IMG/VR virus record: IMGVR_UViG_3300025141_000020
Coordinates: 62,001-126,000 of that record
Length of the DNA stretch: 64,000 nucleotides
Reading direction: 5' to 3' (one strand)
In this document: positions 18,142-28,474 of the stretch, piece by piece
How positions within the stretch are numbered: the stretch's first letter is position 1
Layout of the letters: the number at the start of each line of letters is the position of its first letter
Translations under genes and position numbers: made by a program
The notes under the pieces: generated by a model
What the model saw: the letters and a program-made list of their open reading frames with translations, nothing else
Databases searched by the model: none
Told to the model about the DNA's origin: nothing

Positions 18142-21100
18142 TTAAGAATAATATTTTGGGAACAGAAGTACTGGGTCTAAATAATGTTCTACTATTCTAC
18201 CTTTACTATTTACAACGCCTCTTATAACTTCAACATGTAAGTGAGGCCCTTTAGACATTCCACTATTCCCTAACTTACCTATTTTAGTTTGTTGTAAAAG
18301 AACTGCGGTTGTGTCAAAATTAGCTATGGCATCACCCATAGGTACAATCCCATCTTTCCTTAAGAAACCATATATTACTTTGTAGTAAGCTGTCTCACCT
18401 TCACTAGGGAATTCTAATATATCTTTTTTGGTTATAACATAATTACCGTATTTTCCACAGCCATTATCTTTTTCTTGTGGGTCGCAATCACCTTTTCTAT
18501 CAATAACTATACCAGCCATAATTGGGTGTACTGCTATTCCTTCTGGACTACTTACTTCGTCTGTCTGAGCTGGTATTGGTGTTATATCAATTCCTAAATG
18601 TTTAGTTTTTTCATTTGTGATTTGTTGTGGGTTTACCAAACTTTCGTGGATTGGCGGTTTAAATTCTATTGTATCTGCCGACCAAGGTGTGTTACCTAAA
18701 TCTAAATAACCATTATCTTCTGGTGTTAATTTTAATTGTTTTGGTGTTGCGTTATTATCATCGTAGAACACATTTTCAATCTTTTCTTGTAATTTAGTTT
18801 CTGCTGCAGCATACAGTTTTTCATTAACCCTTTGTACTAAATCTGTTATATTTGGTAATTTAGGTATTGGTACTCTTACCCCTTCAAAACTTGTTTCTAT
18901 GCTATTAGGTGTTATATTATGTTCTACATTTATGATTAGGTAAGGCCCATTAAACATTGGTAGGTATCTTAATTGAAAATATTGTGTTGGTTGTATGGTC
19001 ACGTTACCCACACAACTAACTTTCGCTGTGTAAGACCTACTTGCGTACACATTATAGAGTGATGATGATGCCATACTTGTAGAGCCAGCACCACCAGAAT
19101 CGGCCATTTGTTGTAATATTTTATAACTCTCAGAAGTATTTTGGAATTGTTCTTGGTCAAGAGTTATGGATTCGAACATATTTTGGTTTGGTATACCAAA
19201 GTCCACTGTAAAGCCCATAACTTTATTAGATAGTTTTTTATCTCCACAGTCTGGTCCAGCTAGTGGGTTGTTACTTACTAAGTTTAACGCAAATCCATCA
19301 TTTGCATAACCATTATTAGGAGCTTTATTGTTTAACTGAGATGATGGTTTACCTACATACTGACATAAGAATACCGGTGAAGAATCTAGGTAATCTACTG
19401 TTTTGAATGTGCCAAACATAGCGTTACCTTGTTTCTGTGAATTATCGTTACCAACACTATAAAAGTTTATGTAAGATGGTAAGGGTATATAGTTAAAATA
19501 ATTATTTGCTAAAATTGTACTTATATAACTAGAAATACTCTGTGTTAATGTTTTATCGTTACCAGCATCAAACGGTGTATCAAGTTTTATTATGTCCCAT
19601 ATATTAATAATTGCTTGGTCCCCAATATCTTTATTTGCTCTATCAAAAAATAAGAATCTTTGGAATAGTGTTTGGCTTTGTAATTCCAGACCTGAAATCC
19701 ATCTGTCATTAAGTGTTTTAAACTGATTATATAGGTCTAATTTTAAATCGTCCCCTTCTATGCTGGTTCTGCTATCAGCCATATCTTCATTTGTAGTTTC
19801 TTTGTCGTCACTAATATTATCATTATTTGTTTTTACTAGTTGGTCTATATATAGGACTTCTTTTGACCTTAGGTTATCCAAATTAGTCATAAATGTTTGT
19901 AAGTAAGTGCTAGCTGGTATCATACCGTTAAGTGAACAGTGGGTCGCGTACAACCTTATAAATGGAGCAAATCCTTGTATGTTTTCGGAATTAAATGCAA
20001 TTCCATTATTTTTAATTGTGTTAAAAAAGTTTAATATTGGGTTTGCTAATGTATTTGATGTTAACATCATAAATTGAGTGTCGAACTGCGAGTAGTATTC
20101 TCCTACAAATAGTGCTACATCATTATATTCTTGAGACCCAACTACCGGTGGTATAGTTGTGGCGTCTAACGCCCCAAAATTGTATTCGTCATTTCCCGAT
20201 TCAATATCTTTTAATTTCTGTATTAATGTTGAGTTATTTACTACCTCACCTAAATTTGTTGTGGTCTTGTGGATATAACTCATTTTCATATTTAAGAATT
20301 TACCCATCACTTTTCCAAATTTCTTAAGTTGTGCTTTGGCAAGTAACCCTTCTAATCTAGTTACTGATTCTGGGTTTTCTACCCATTTTTTCTCAATAAC
20401 AGTAATATCTTGAATAATTTGTTTCATGCTACCTCCTAAGTTTGCGTCCCCGTCTACACTTGAGAACTTTAAGAATAGAGATTCGAAGAAATCTAATTGT
20501 TCTTTATTAAACACTCCCCTCAATTCGTCTATTGTGGAATAATCTGTAGATGGGCTTAACTCCCAAGAAATTTGTTTATTTTGTGTACTATCTATCCGTT
20601 TAAAGTAATTGTTTGGTAGTGGTCTGTAACTTGCGTTATGAGCAAAATAACCGTAGTTTGACATGCCCCACAACATCCTACACCCACCGTTATTTAAAGC
20701 GGTTACTTGTGGTGAAGAATAACTATCAATATCAGTATCTATTAAAGCACCTGAAGATGGGTATAAAATATAATATTCACGACCTCCACCTGCTGCACCT
20801 AATAGTGGGTTGGTTATGTTGCCAGAGTCTAGAGAAACGTCAAAAAACTTAAAGTTACTATTACTTGTTGTTATATTTGTATTTTGACTTATTGTAAGTG
20901 GTGCTCCCACTCCAATTATATCATTTAAATTTGTTACAATATTTGACATTATTTGTCCGGAAGCAATGTAGTGTACAGAAGTTATTATCTCTTGGTACAC
21001 CCCAAAATTAGTGGTAGAACCATTATAGTTTAGAGATGGCCCACCCGTACTATCTGTATAAGTAAATGACGCGTTTATGTTACCACCAAGTGGGTCGTAG

Positions 21101-24100
21101 GCCCACCCCACACCTACAGGACCACCTAAGTCGTTAAAATCAAAACCAATTAGGTCGGTACCGTTCTCTATATTATCTTTGTATCTATGCCATATAGAAC
21201 CTATTCTAAGTAGTACTGAAACTGGGACATCGTGAATAGCAGGAACCTGGTTAAACATCTGAGAAACATATGAACCAAATTCGGTTTCATTTTCAGTCTC
21301 ACCTTTTAACAACACTTTTTCTCTAAATGTCGGTAATGGTAATGAGTTTAAGAAAAGATACGCTGCGGATGTATATGGGTTAGGTACATCAACCATGTCA
21401 CCTGCTGCCCCTACATTAATTGCATTAATAAAATAAGGTGTGTTTAACATGGATGTATATAAGCTATAGTTTGATGTTGATGTTATGTTTCCATTGCTTG
21501 GGTTTGTCACTGTGGTATCATCTCTCCTTATAGCTCCTTCTGTAATCCCTAAAGGACTAGAAAAAGTATTTAGTTCTGTATAAAACTCTTCTGTTTGTGT
21601 ACTTAGTTTTTTTGGTACGTTATTAAACCTTGCCAAAGTATCTATTTCAAAACTAAAACAATATTTTTTGTCGGTTAAGTACATAACATTCCATTTATCC
21701 CTTACATTAAATGTGGAACCCAAATTATAATCCAACCCCTCACCTATATCGTAGAACTCCCCTATTTGGGTGTTGAGTCCATTGGCATAATTGACTTTGG
21801 CCCATGGACCAAATATTGTTGGGGCTAAATCATATACTCCAGTAGCGTCTTTTAATTTTTTTAACCCTTTTATATTTTCTGTAAACTCTTCCGGATTTAC
21901 AGTATACCCTAGTTCTGTATAACTATAGTTATAGGTTTTGGTGTTGGCTTGCGGTGTTATGGTGTCACTGTCTACGTATAGATTATACTTTTCTGGTTCA
22001 TTTGTCTCTAAAAAATTATTTACGTCTGAAAAATTTTTAACGTTTTTAAAAAATGTATTTAATGAAAATGAGTCACTAACTCTTTTGTAAAGATTTGTTC
22101 CGTCATATGTTCCTAATTCTAGTATGGTGTTGTCTATTTCTTGCCCTACTGTGGTTCCCATCATAAATCTTGTACTTAAACCACCATACCTTATTGTTTC
22201 TTGACTTCTTAATTTTATTTCCCACAATAAATTTACAAAATAACCATCATTATATGGTTCGTTTATGGTATTCCAGTCGTATAGGTTTATTGGGGTGAAA
22301 TCTTTAACGAATGCATTATTTGGTGTTTGTAGGTTGAAGTCAGAAGATTTATAAACACTTGTTTTAGTGTATTCTTCAACAAAATCTACTTCTGGCCACA
22401 CTTTTTTGTTATCTGCTCCAGTACTTTCTATAACATCTTTAGCTCCGGGATATTTTAAAACTGAAGATGTTGTACATTCATCCTCTTCCTCAACTACATA
22501 GTATTGTGGCCACGGAAATACGGTATCACTACTTTTACTATCCTTAGATATTTTTAATCTTTGTGGGTTACTTTTCTCTCCCATAGCATTAGTATGAACT
22601 ATATCCATTAACCTTAGGAACGTATCCGCTCCAGCAAGTATAATAGCAAATATGTTTCTTATAGTTGGTTTGAATCCGAGTTCATCCTGTAACCTTTCAT
22701 TTAATATATTGCTTACTTCTTTGGACATTAATGCAGCTTTTTTTTCGAATTCTGTTTCGTGAGTTGAGTATAGTTTGCCGTATGTCTTTTCTGGTCCATC
22801 TATAATAAACCAAGGTTCTAAGTCTGTAGATAACATTGATGCGTCGGGTATTCCTAGATTTTCTACTTTTTGGTCCTCTAGTAGACTTGGTGTTGGTCCA
22901 CCTCCTTCCAATGCATACCTCTTATTTAGTCTGGTTGATACTAAATATTTTCCACCACTACCGAATGTTTTATTTGTTTCCGCTTCTTCTATAAATGTAT
23001 TTATAATTCCTTGTAGAGACTCATTTGCTTTCTTAACTACACCTTGTTTATATTCTACAGGGTCTTCTGTTGCTGGAATTGTATCAATACCCTTTAATGG
23101 GTATGCGGTAACATTAATTGTTTTACCGGTTTGGGAGTCTACTGATGGGATTATTGCTTGTACAGTCACTGATTTTTTATTATCCAAATATCTATCTTTC
23201 CAACCATCTTTCTCTTTAAAAGATTTATTTAAATCTTTAAGTAATGCCTCGTAATCTAACCTATCGGTTGTCATCTGTAAACTACTTTCACCAAATAATT
23301 TACCTAAATTGTTATCTAATAATTTTAACTTTTCAATAAGGTCCACTAAAGTAATTTCAGATGTTATAGGAAAACTTTCACCAATCAAACCTTGTTGTCT
23401 ATATTTTTTATACACTTCTTTCAATACTTGTTTACCTCTTGTTTCACTAACACAACCACTTGCGTCACATTTAGTTGGGTACATGTATGGTGCGGTTAAA
23501 ACTTGATGCATATTTATATCTCTTAACAGAGCCACATGATTACCAATAAAATTACAAGTGACTAGGTAATCACCACTTGCTGGGTCAAACCTAGACGAAA
23601 ACTTCTGCATTGTTAGTTGGTATTTTACAGCTTTTCCGTAATACCCTTTAAGGGTTAGGAAGAATGTTGGGTATGGTAAATGAAAAAAAGCTGTGTAGGG
23701 TGTATTTCCTCTAGCTTGTTCAAATAAAGTTTTTCCTCTTACATCGGTAAAATTAATACTTACTTGGGGTATGTATGAGGCGTTTAATTTAACATTTATG
23801 GATGTTATTCCAAATCCTTGGAAGTCTAAAGTGTTTTGTGTTGTAACACCTATTGTGGTGCCTCTACTGTCTACCGTTTTAACTTTTTTATTTACGTCTG
23901 GATTAGTGAAGGTTTCGGTCCAATCTGAATTTAAGAAATCTGAGTTTTTTGGTTTTAAAAAGTTTAGTTCACCATTAAATATGTCTACCAATATTCTATC
24001 TCCTTGGTTTTGTGAACCAGAAATAACTTTGCTCCTAGGATAAATTGTGGCGGTAAGATTGGCGTACATCACCATATCTTCATGGTCTACTAACCTATCT

Positions 24101-24201
24101 TTTATAGTACCATCAACAACAATCTTATTTGGGTCTACGACAACAAGATTATTACCAACAGCGTTTGTATATATGTTACCAGTATTTAATTTATCTGCCA
24201 T
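18142..24201 (-). CDS. Baseplate hub-like protein with C-terminal M23 peptidase, 2019 aa
   Basis: Hub-like C-terminal SCVGNVTIQPTQYFQL...YLIINVEHNI; M23 motifs HLGID, YGNYV and IGKLGNSGMSKGPHLHVEV. Confidence 0.75.
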   Translation of the reverse strand: MADKLNTGNIYTNAVGNNLVVVDPNKIVVDGTIKDRLVDHEDMVMYANLTATIYPRSKVISGSQNQGDRILVDIFNGELNFLKPKNSDFLNSDWTETFTNPDVNKKVKTVDSRGTTIGVTTQNTLDFQGFGITSINVKLNASYIPQVSINFTDVRGKTLFEQARGNTPYTAFFHLPYPTFFLTLKGYYGKAVKYQLTMQKFSSRFDPASGDYLVTCNFIGNHVALLRDINMHQVLTAPYMYPTKCDASGCVSETRGKQVLKEVYKKYRQQGLIGESFPITSEITLVDLIEKLKLLDNNLGKLFGESSLQMTTDRLDYEALLKDLNKSFKEKDGWKDRYLDNKKSVTVQAIIPSVDSQTGKTINVTAYPLKGIDTIPATEDPVEYKQGVVKKANESLQGIINTFIEEAETNKTFGSGGKYLVSTRLNKRYALEGGGPTPSLLEDQKVENLGIPDASMLSTDLEPWFIIDGPEKTYGKLYSTHETEFEKKAALMSKEVSNILNERLQDELGFKPTIRNIFAIILAGADTFLRLMDIVHTNAMGEKSNPQRLKISKDSKSSDTVFPWPQYYVVEEEDECTTSSVLKYPGAKDVIESTGADNKKVWPEVDFVEEYTKTSVYKSSDFNLQTPNNAFVKDFTPINLYDWNTINEPYNDGYFVNLLWEIKLRSQETIRYGGLSTRFMMGTTVGQEIDNTILELGTYDGTNLYKRVSDSFSLNTFFKNVKNFSDVNNFLETNEPEKYNLYVDSDTITPQANTKTYNYSYTELGYTVNPEEFTENIKGLKKLKDATGVYDLAPTIFGPWAKVNYANGLNTQIGEFYDIGEGLDYNLGSTFNVRDKWNVMYLTDKKYCFSFEIDTLARFNNVPKKLSTQTEEFYTELNTFSSPLGITEGAIRRDDTTVTNPSNGNITSTSNYSLYTSMLNTPYFINAINVGAAGDMVDVPNPYTSAAYLFLNSLPLPTFREKVLLKGETENETEFGSYVSQMFNQVPAIHDVPVSVLLRIGSIWHRYKDNIENGTDLIGFDFNDLGGPVGVGWAYDPLGGNINASFTYTDSTGGPSLNYNGSTTNFGVYQEIITSVHYIASGQIMSNIVTNLNDIIGVGAPLTISQNTNITTSNSNFKFFDVSLDSGNITNPLLGAAGGGREYYILYPSSGALIDTDIDSYSSPQVTALNNGGCRMLWGMSNYGYFAHNASYRPLPNNYFKRIDSTQNKQISWELSPSTDYSTIDELRGVFNKEQLDFFESLFLKFSSVDGDANLGGSMKQIIQDITVIEKKWVENPESVTRLEGLLAKAQLKKFGKVMGKFLNMKMSYIHKTTTNLGEVVNNSTLIQKLKDIESGNDEYNFGALDATTIPPVVGSQEYNDVALFVGEYYSQFDTQFMMLTSNTLANPILNFFNTIKNNGIAFNSENIQGFAPFIRLYATHCSLNGMIPASTYLQTFMTNLDNLRSKEVLYIDQLVKTNNDNISDDKETTNEDMADSRTSIEGDDLKLDLYNQFKTLNDRWISGLELQSQTLFQRFLFFDRANKDIGDQAIINIWDIIKLDTPFDAGNDKTLTQSISSYISTILANNYFNYIPLPSYINFYSVGNDNSQKQGNAMFGTFKTVDYLDSSPVFLCQYVGKPSSQLNNKAPNNGYANDGFALNLVSNNPLAGPDCGDKKLSNKVMGFTVDFGIPNQNMFESITLDQEQFQNTSESYKILQQMADSGGAGSTSMASSSLYNVYASRSYTAKVSCVGNVTIQPTQYFQLRYLPMFNGPYLIINVEHNITPNSIETSFEGVRVPIPKLPNITDLVQRVNEKLYAAAETKLQEKIENVFYDDNNATPKQLKLTPEDNGYLDLGNTPWSADTIEFKPPIHESLVNPQQITNEKTKHLGIDITPIPAQTDEVSSPEGIAVHPIMAGIVIDRKGDCDPQEKDNGCGKYGNYVITKKDILEFPSEGETAYYKVIYGFLRKDGIVPMGDAIANFDTTAVLLQQTKIGKLGNSGMSKGPHLHVEVIRGVVNSKGRIVEHYLDPVLLFPKYYS

Positions 24202-24508
24202 AATAGAGGAAGTGTGTATCTACTTTTGATTTATATTCCTCAAGTGATGTCATTAATGGACTTGGTATTCTTATGAGTGTTCCATCTGGAATATTCCATT
24301 CTTGACCACCGTATTGTGGGTTGGCCTGCATAATTAACCATCCATAATATGGAGTGTCGTAGTATTGTTGGGACAGTTTGTCCATCCTTGTCTTACCCAC
24401 TTTATACACAGTTTCTCTGTCACTAGATTTTATATCCAAAATAATGCTAGGAACCATTATATAATCTCCATTTACAACAAATTCGCTATATCTATCATAA
24501 TAACTCAT
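24191..24508 (-). CDS. LysM/tail-X-like baseplate protein
   Basis: VYKVGKTRMDKLSQQYYDTPYYGWLIMQANP...IPDGTLIRIP. Confidence 0.75.
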   Translation of the reverse strand: MSYYDRYSEFVVNGDYIMVPSIILDIKSSDRETVYKVGKTRMDKLSQQYYDTPYYGWLIMQANPQYGGQEWNIPDGTLIRIPSPLMTSLEEYKSKVDTHFLYYGR

Positions 24509-24510
24509 AA

Positions 24511-25599
24511 TTAACTAATATATAATTGTCTTATCATCTTATGGTTAAATGTTGTGGTTTGTGAACCAACATTCCTACTTTTTAACTCGTTTCTAACTAA
24601 ATTTTGTGCGGTAGCTCCTGTATTTACCCCGTAACCCACATCATATGTGGAATTAAAAGTTTTCAAACCGTTTTCCAAAGTTTCATACCCAACATCAAGT
24701 GTGTTGTCAAACCTACTTTTTGTAAGACTTAAGTCATATGTCAACCAAGTAGTTATTATAGTTTGTAACAAACCTTTAAATCTCCTTTCTGTTTGGTGTC
24801 TTATTCCACTCACACAATTTTCATCTATTTTAAGTAATTTATCATACAATTCCCCATTTCTATATTTTAAAATATCTACAAGTTGGGTTTTATAACCACC
24901 TATAAAATTAAAAGCCATTGTCTTGTTTGTACATAACCTATTAATGAAAAATAGATATTCTTCTCCTCCAGGATAATTTTTACTAAACGTTGGTGTCACA
25001 TCTTTACTAATATAGTTATCTAATACTAGTGCTGTATCATTATAGTCTGTAGTTAAACTAGTTAATTCTGTTGCTCCAGTTAGTTGGTAGGCTTTAACTT
25101 GTCCACCAACGGTGGTTAAAAATTCGCCGTCGTAGTTATTTATCGTAACTAAATTTAATTTATCTACAGTGTTAACCAAATTAACTTGTTGTTGTCTAAA
25201 ACTATTTGTTGTAGACATAACTATATTTGTTATATTAGTTAATTCTTCTTCTAAAATATTTAATAATGTCAACTTAACATATAGTCTCTCTTTGCTGTTA
25301 GTGTTTAGTGTATTGAATTGTGTCTGTATAGTTGTTGTCTCTGAATTAATGCTGTCTTTTAAAGTGGTGTACTTGACCACGATATCATCTATTATGAATT
25401 GGGGTATCCCAACTAATTGACCATTTACATTACCTATGATTCCGTTTGTAAAAATTCTGTCAAACATGAATTCTTCCGTAAGTCCCATACTTTGTGTGAG
25501 AAACATCTTACTTAAACTATTTTTAACATCCAAAGCGTAAGCATTTGTGAGGTCCACAAAAGAATTTAATAAGTTTTTATATTTTATTTCGTTCGCCAT
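24511..25599 (-). CDS. Hypothetical tail-module protein, 362 aa
   Basis: Tightly packed ORF between hub components. Confidence 0.65.
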   Translation of the reverse strand: MANEIKYKNLLNSFVDLTNAYALDVKNSLSKMFLTQSMGLTEEFMFDRIFTNGIIGNVNGQLVGIPQFIIDDIVVKYTTLKDSINSETTTIQTQFNTLNTNSKERLYVKLTLLNILEEELTNITNIVMSTTNSFRQQQVNLVNTVDKLNLVTINNYDGEFLTTVGGQVKAYQLTGATELTSLTTDYNDTALVLDNYISKDVTPTFSKNYPGGEEYLFFINRLCTNKTMAFNFIGGYKTQLVDILKYRNGELYDKLLKIDENCVSGIRHQTERRFKGLLQTIITTWLTYDLSLTKSRFDNTLDVGYETLENGLKTFNSTYDVGYGVNTGATAQNLVRNELKSRNVGSQTTTFNHKMIRQLYIS

Positions 25600-25601
25600 A
25601 A

Positions 25602-28463
25602 TTATTTTAGTGCTCCACCTGTTAATCCGTCTACAGTGTTCTTTAAGCTATCATACTCATCTATAAACTGACTGTTTGCTTGAGTCATTCCGTCTAGGAT
25701 TGCCCCTTGGGCATTTTCAGTTTCTAAGATTAATTTAGTGTCTGTGACACTGTTTTCGTTATACACTTCCGTATTTGCAAAGAAATTATTAGATAAAGCG
25801 TTTTGTAATTCTGAAACTGGTTTTTCAAGACCTTGACCTCCAATATATTTAAAGTTCATCGATACGTTAGCTATCATCGGTTGTACACCTATTCCTTCTG
25901 GGTTTAAATCAAAAATAAGTGGGTCGTAACTAAAACTTACAGAATCTATAGCTATTTTGGTGTGGTAGAAATCACCAATTCTCATCACACATATTGGTGG
26001 TGCTCCAAAAGCTGTGTTTTCTGCATCAATGTTCTGTGCCCCTCCTTCAGTTTCTGTTGGTATTGTTCTTCCAGGTCTAGTACATTGTAATAAAAATGAT
26101 AGTCTATTATTTAATCCTTCTGGTGTCATAGCATGGAATGACGGGTGGAAGTATTTTAATTGTCTTTTTAGTGAGTTATAAACAAATTCTTCGTTTTCTT
26201 CTAAATGTTTAAAATAATTTTCTTCTCTCATTAAATTACTTAAAAGTCTTTTAGCGTTAACGTGTCCCCCAACAGCTTTCTTATAGAAATCGTTTGATGT
26301 TGATGATGGGGGCGGTGAAGTTTCAGTTCCTTTATCCAAATCTAACTCAGTAGACTCACCCGAAAAGTCACCACTAATATCTGTTGATTCCTTATCACCT
26401 TCATTAACCATCGTGTTTACTGTCTTATTATCTGGTACTTCTATGGTGTTCTGTATTATTTCTAAGTCTACTGCAGATAGTAAATCACCATATTTATCCG
26501 CTAATTCATATATATCAAATTTTTGACATCCAGCTATAAATGATTCTAGTATTGCGTCCGCTGTAGTATCAGGAGCCTTTGTTAGTTCTTTTGACGCAAT
26601 TACATCCATTATAGAAGAATGGTCAACCACTACTTTAAAACTTAATGTACCAATTCTTTCAGTATAATTGTAAGTATAGATAGGTTCTGGTCTGCCTAGG
26701 AAAGATACTGAATTCCATTGAGCTGAGTTTGTGTCGCCGACATTTATATCATAAGGTGGGAACCACATTATCCTCCCTCCGTTTGGTCCTTTCTCGGATG
26801 CTGGTAAAAAATCTAATTCTGGGGCACCTCTCCAAGCTAAATTTTCAAGAGAGAACATATATTTTTTAACCCCTTTCGCGTCCACATTATGCCCCATATT
26901 TGGAGCTATGTTTAAATCGTAAGTCTTTGATAGTACAGAATCTGGAGTGCCTCGTAGTAACCCATCACTTTTTTGTAAATTACTAAACGTGTAATATGGA
27001 TTATCTTTAGTCCAAGTTCTACAAAACTCTGTTGGGCCAACACCACCAAATATACCCTTATCAATAAATCTTGCTCCACTACCTTTGGATATATTTTTAT
27101 ATCCATCATTAAATATTTTTGATGTTTGGTCTATAGCGTGGCCGGCATGTTTTCTTTTTGCTCCACCCATTAAAGGAGCAGAATCTATTAATTTTTGTGT
27201 TTGGTCTAGTATCCCTCCAACCCTTTTTGGTTTTATAAATGACCTACTAAATAACATCCCTGGAGGTGCATTAAGTGACGCGATAGAAGTGCTACCGAAC
27301 CAAGTAAATCCTGCCGCTAAACCACCACCATCTGTATATGCCTTACCTTCTAAACCAAAATTATATTTTTTCCATAATGCAACACCGTTAACTGTTTCCA
27401 ATTCTTTAGCGACAGCACCTGGACCGTAAACTAATGATTTAGTTTTTATACCAAATTTGTTTGTTGGTGTCGCGTTATTTGGACTCTCGATATTAGATGG
27501 TTCTGTGCTTTTGGAACCTACATAGTAATATGGTGTTACATTGGTTACTTCTGGGTCTAGTTGTACTCTACTGTAGTCTGGCCTGTATTGGTTGTATACT
27601 AGATTGTCTTGGAATAAACTTTTTTGTTGTTGAGCACCCATATGTGATATAAAATTATCGCTTGGGTTGGGTACTGATAAGTCGTTTTGTGGTATATTAT
27701 TACCGTTATTATAATATTCTCCTATCGCGTCTGCGGTAGCTGATATATTATCTGTTACACCAGCATAATTAACACCGTTTAATTGTAGTTGATTTATGTC
27801 TGGAATAAATTGTAGATTTTGGTATTGTCCTGTTATTTCAGAGGTTCCGTCATAGTTACCGGATAACCTATTTAAATAATCTTCACCTTTAAGATATGTT
27901 AACCCTGGTGTTATACTTATATTATTACCATTTTCATTATCGTATATATTAAATGTTTGATTTTGTGAAAGATTTAATTGGAATAGGGGGAGTGCCGCTA
28001 TCATTAGTGGACTGTCAGACCCTATAGTTGTATTTTCACCAGTATATAATTCATATGTCCCATAACATGAAAGTGTAAACCCGATTGGTTGTAGTGTGTT
28101 TGGTGTTACATATTCTAAATGTGTTTCTGTAAATAACTTATTGGTGTTAATACTGAGTATGTCCTTGTATCCACCTGCGGGACCATACCTATTATCTAGA
28201 AAACTAACCCCTTTCCAGTATTCACCGGAATCCTCAACTGTTGTTTGGTCTATTACTGATTGTTCAACCGTTTGACTTATTACTTCACCTCCGGGTCGTT
28301 GTACACCAAATGGTGGTGATATAGGGTTGCCATCAGACAAATAAGAACTTTGTAAGTTCTTGCCTAATAAAAAAGTTCTTAGGGCTTCTGTGGAACCTGG
28401 TGTTGGTTTCCAAGGTCCTAAAGTTCCTGCACTTTTAATTCCTGTATTGGTGCCTATAGCCAT
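25602..28463 (-). CDS. Baseplate/tail-tube initiator-like protein, 953 aa
   Basis: WNSVSFLGRPEPIYTYNYTERIGTLSFKVVVDH and PPICVMRIGDFY tube-fold-like motifs; between tape measure and LysM genes. Confidence 0.55.
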   Translation of the reverse strand: MAIGTNTGIKSAGTLGPWKPTPGSTEALRTFLLGKNLQSSYLSDGNPISPPFGVQRPGGEVISQTVEQSVIDQTTVEDSGEYWKGVSFLDNRYGPAGGYKDILSINTNKLFTETHLEYVTPNTLQPIGFTLSCYGTYELYTGENTTIGSDSPLMIAALPLFQLNLSQNQTFNIYDNENGNNISITPGLTYLKGEDYLNRLSGNYDGTSEITGQYQNLQFIPDINQLQLNGVNYAGVTDNISATADAIGEYYNNGNNIPQNDLSVPNPSDNFISHMGAQQQKSLFQDNLVYNQYRPDYSRVQLDPEVTNVTPYYYVGSKSTEPSNIESPNNATPTNKFGIKTKSLVYGPGAVAKELETVNGVALWKKYNFGLEGKAYTDGGGLAAGFTWFGSTSIASLNAPPGMLFSRSFIKPKRVGGILDQTQKLIDSAPLMGGAKRKHAGHAIDQTSKIFNDGYKNISKGSGARFIDKGIFGGVGPTEFCRTWTKDNPYYTFSNLQKSDGLLRGTPDSVLSKTYDLNIAPNMGHNVDAKGVKKYMFSLENLAWRGAPELDFLPASEKGPNGGRIMWFPPYDINVGDTNSAQWNSVSFLGRPEPIYTYNYTERIGTLSFKVVVDHSSIMDVIASKELTKAPDTTADAILESFIAGCQKFDIYELADKYGDLLSAVDLEIIQNTIEVPDNKTVNTMVNEGDKESTDISGDFSGESTELDLDKGTETSPPPSSTSNDFYKKAVGGHVNAKRLLSNLMREENYFKHLEENEEFVYNSLKRQLKYFHPSFHAMTPEGLNNRLSFLLQCTRPGRTIPTETEGGAQNIDAENTAFGAPPICVMRIGDFYHTKIAIDSVSFSYDPLIFDLNPEGIGVQPMIANVSMNFKYIGGQGLEKPVSELQNALSNNFFANTEVYNENSVTDTKLILETENAQGAILDGMTQANSQFIDEYDSLKNTVDGLTGGALK

Positions 28464-28474
28464 ATTATTTTATT

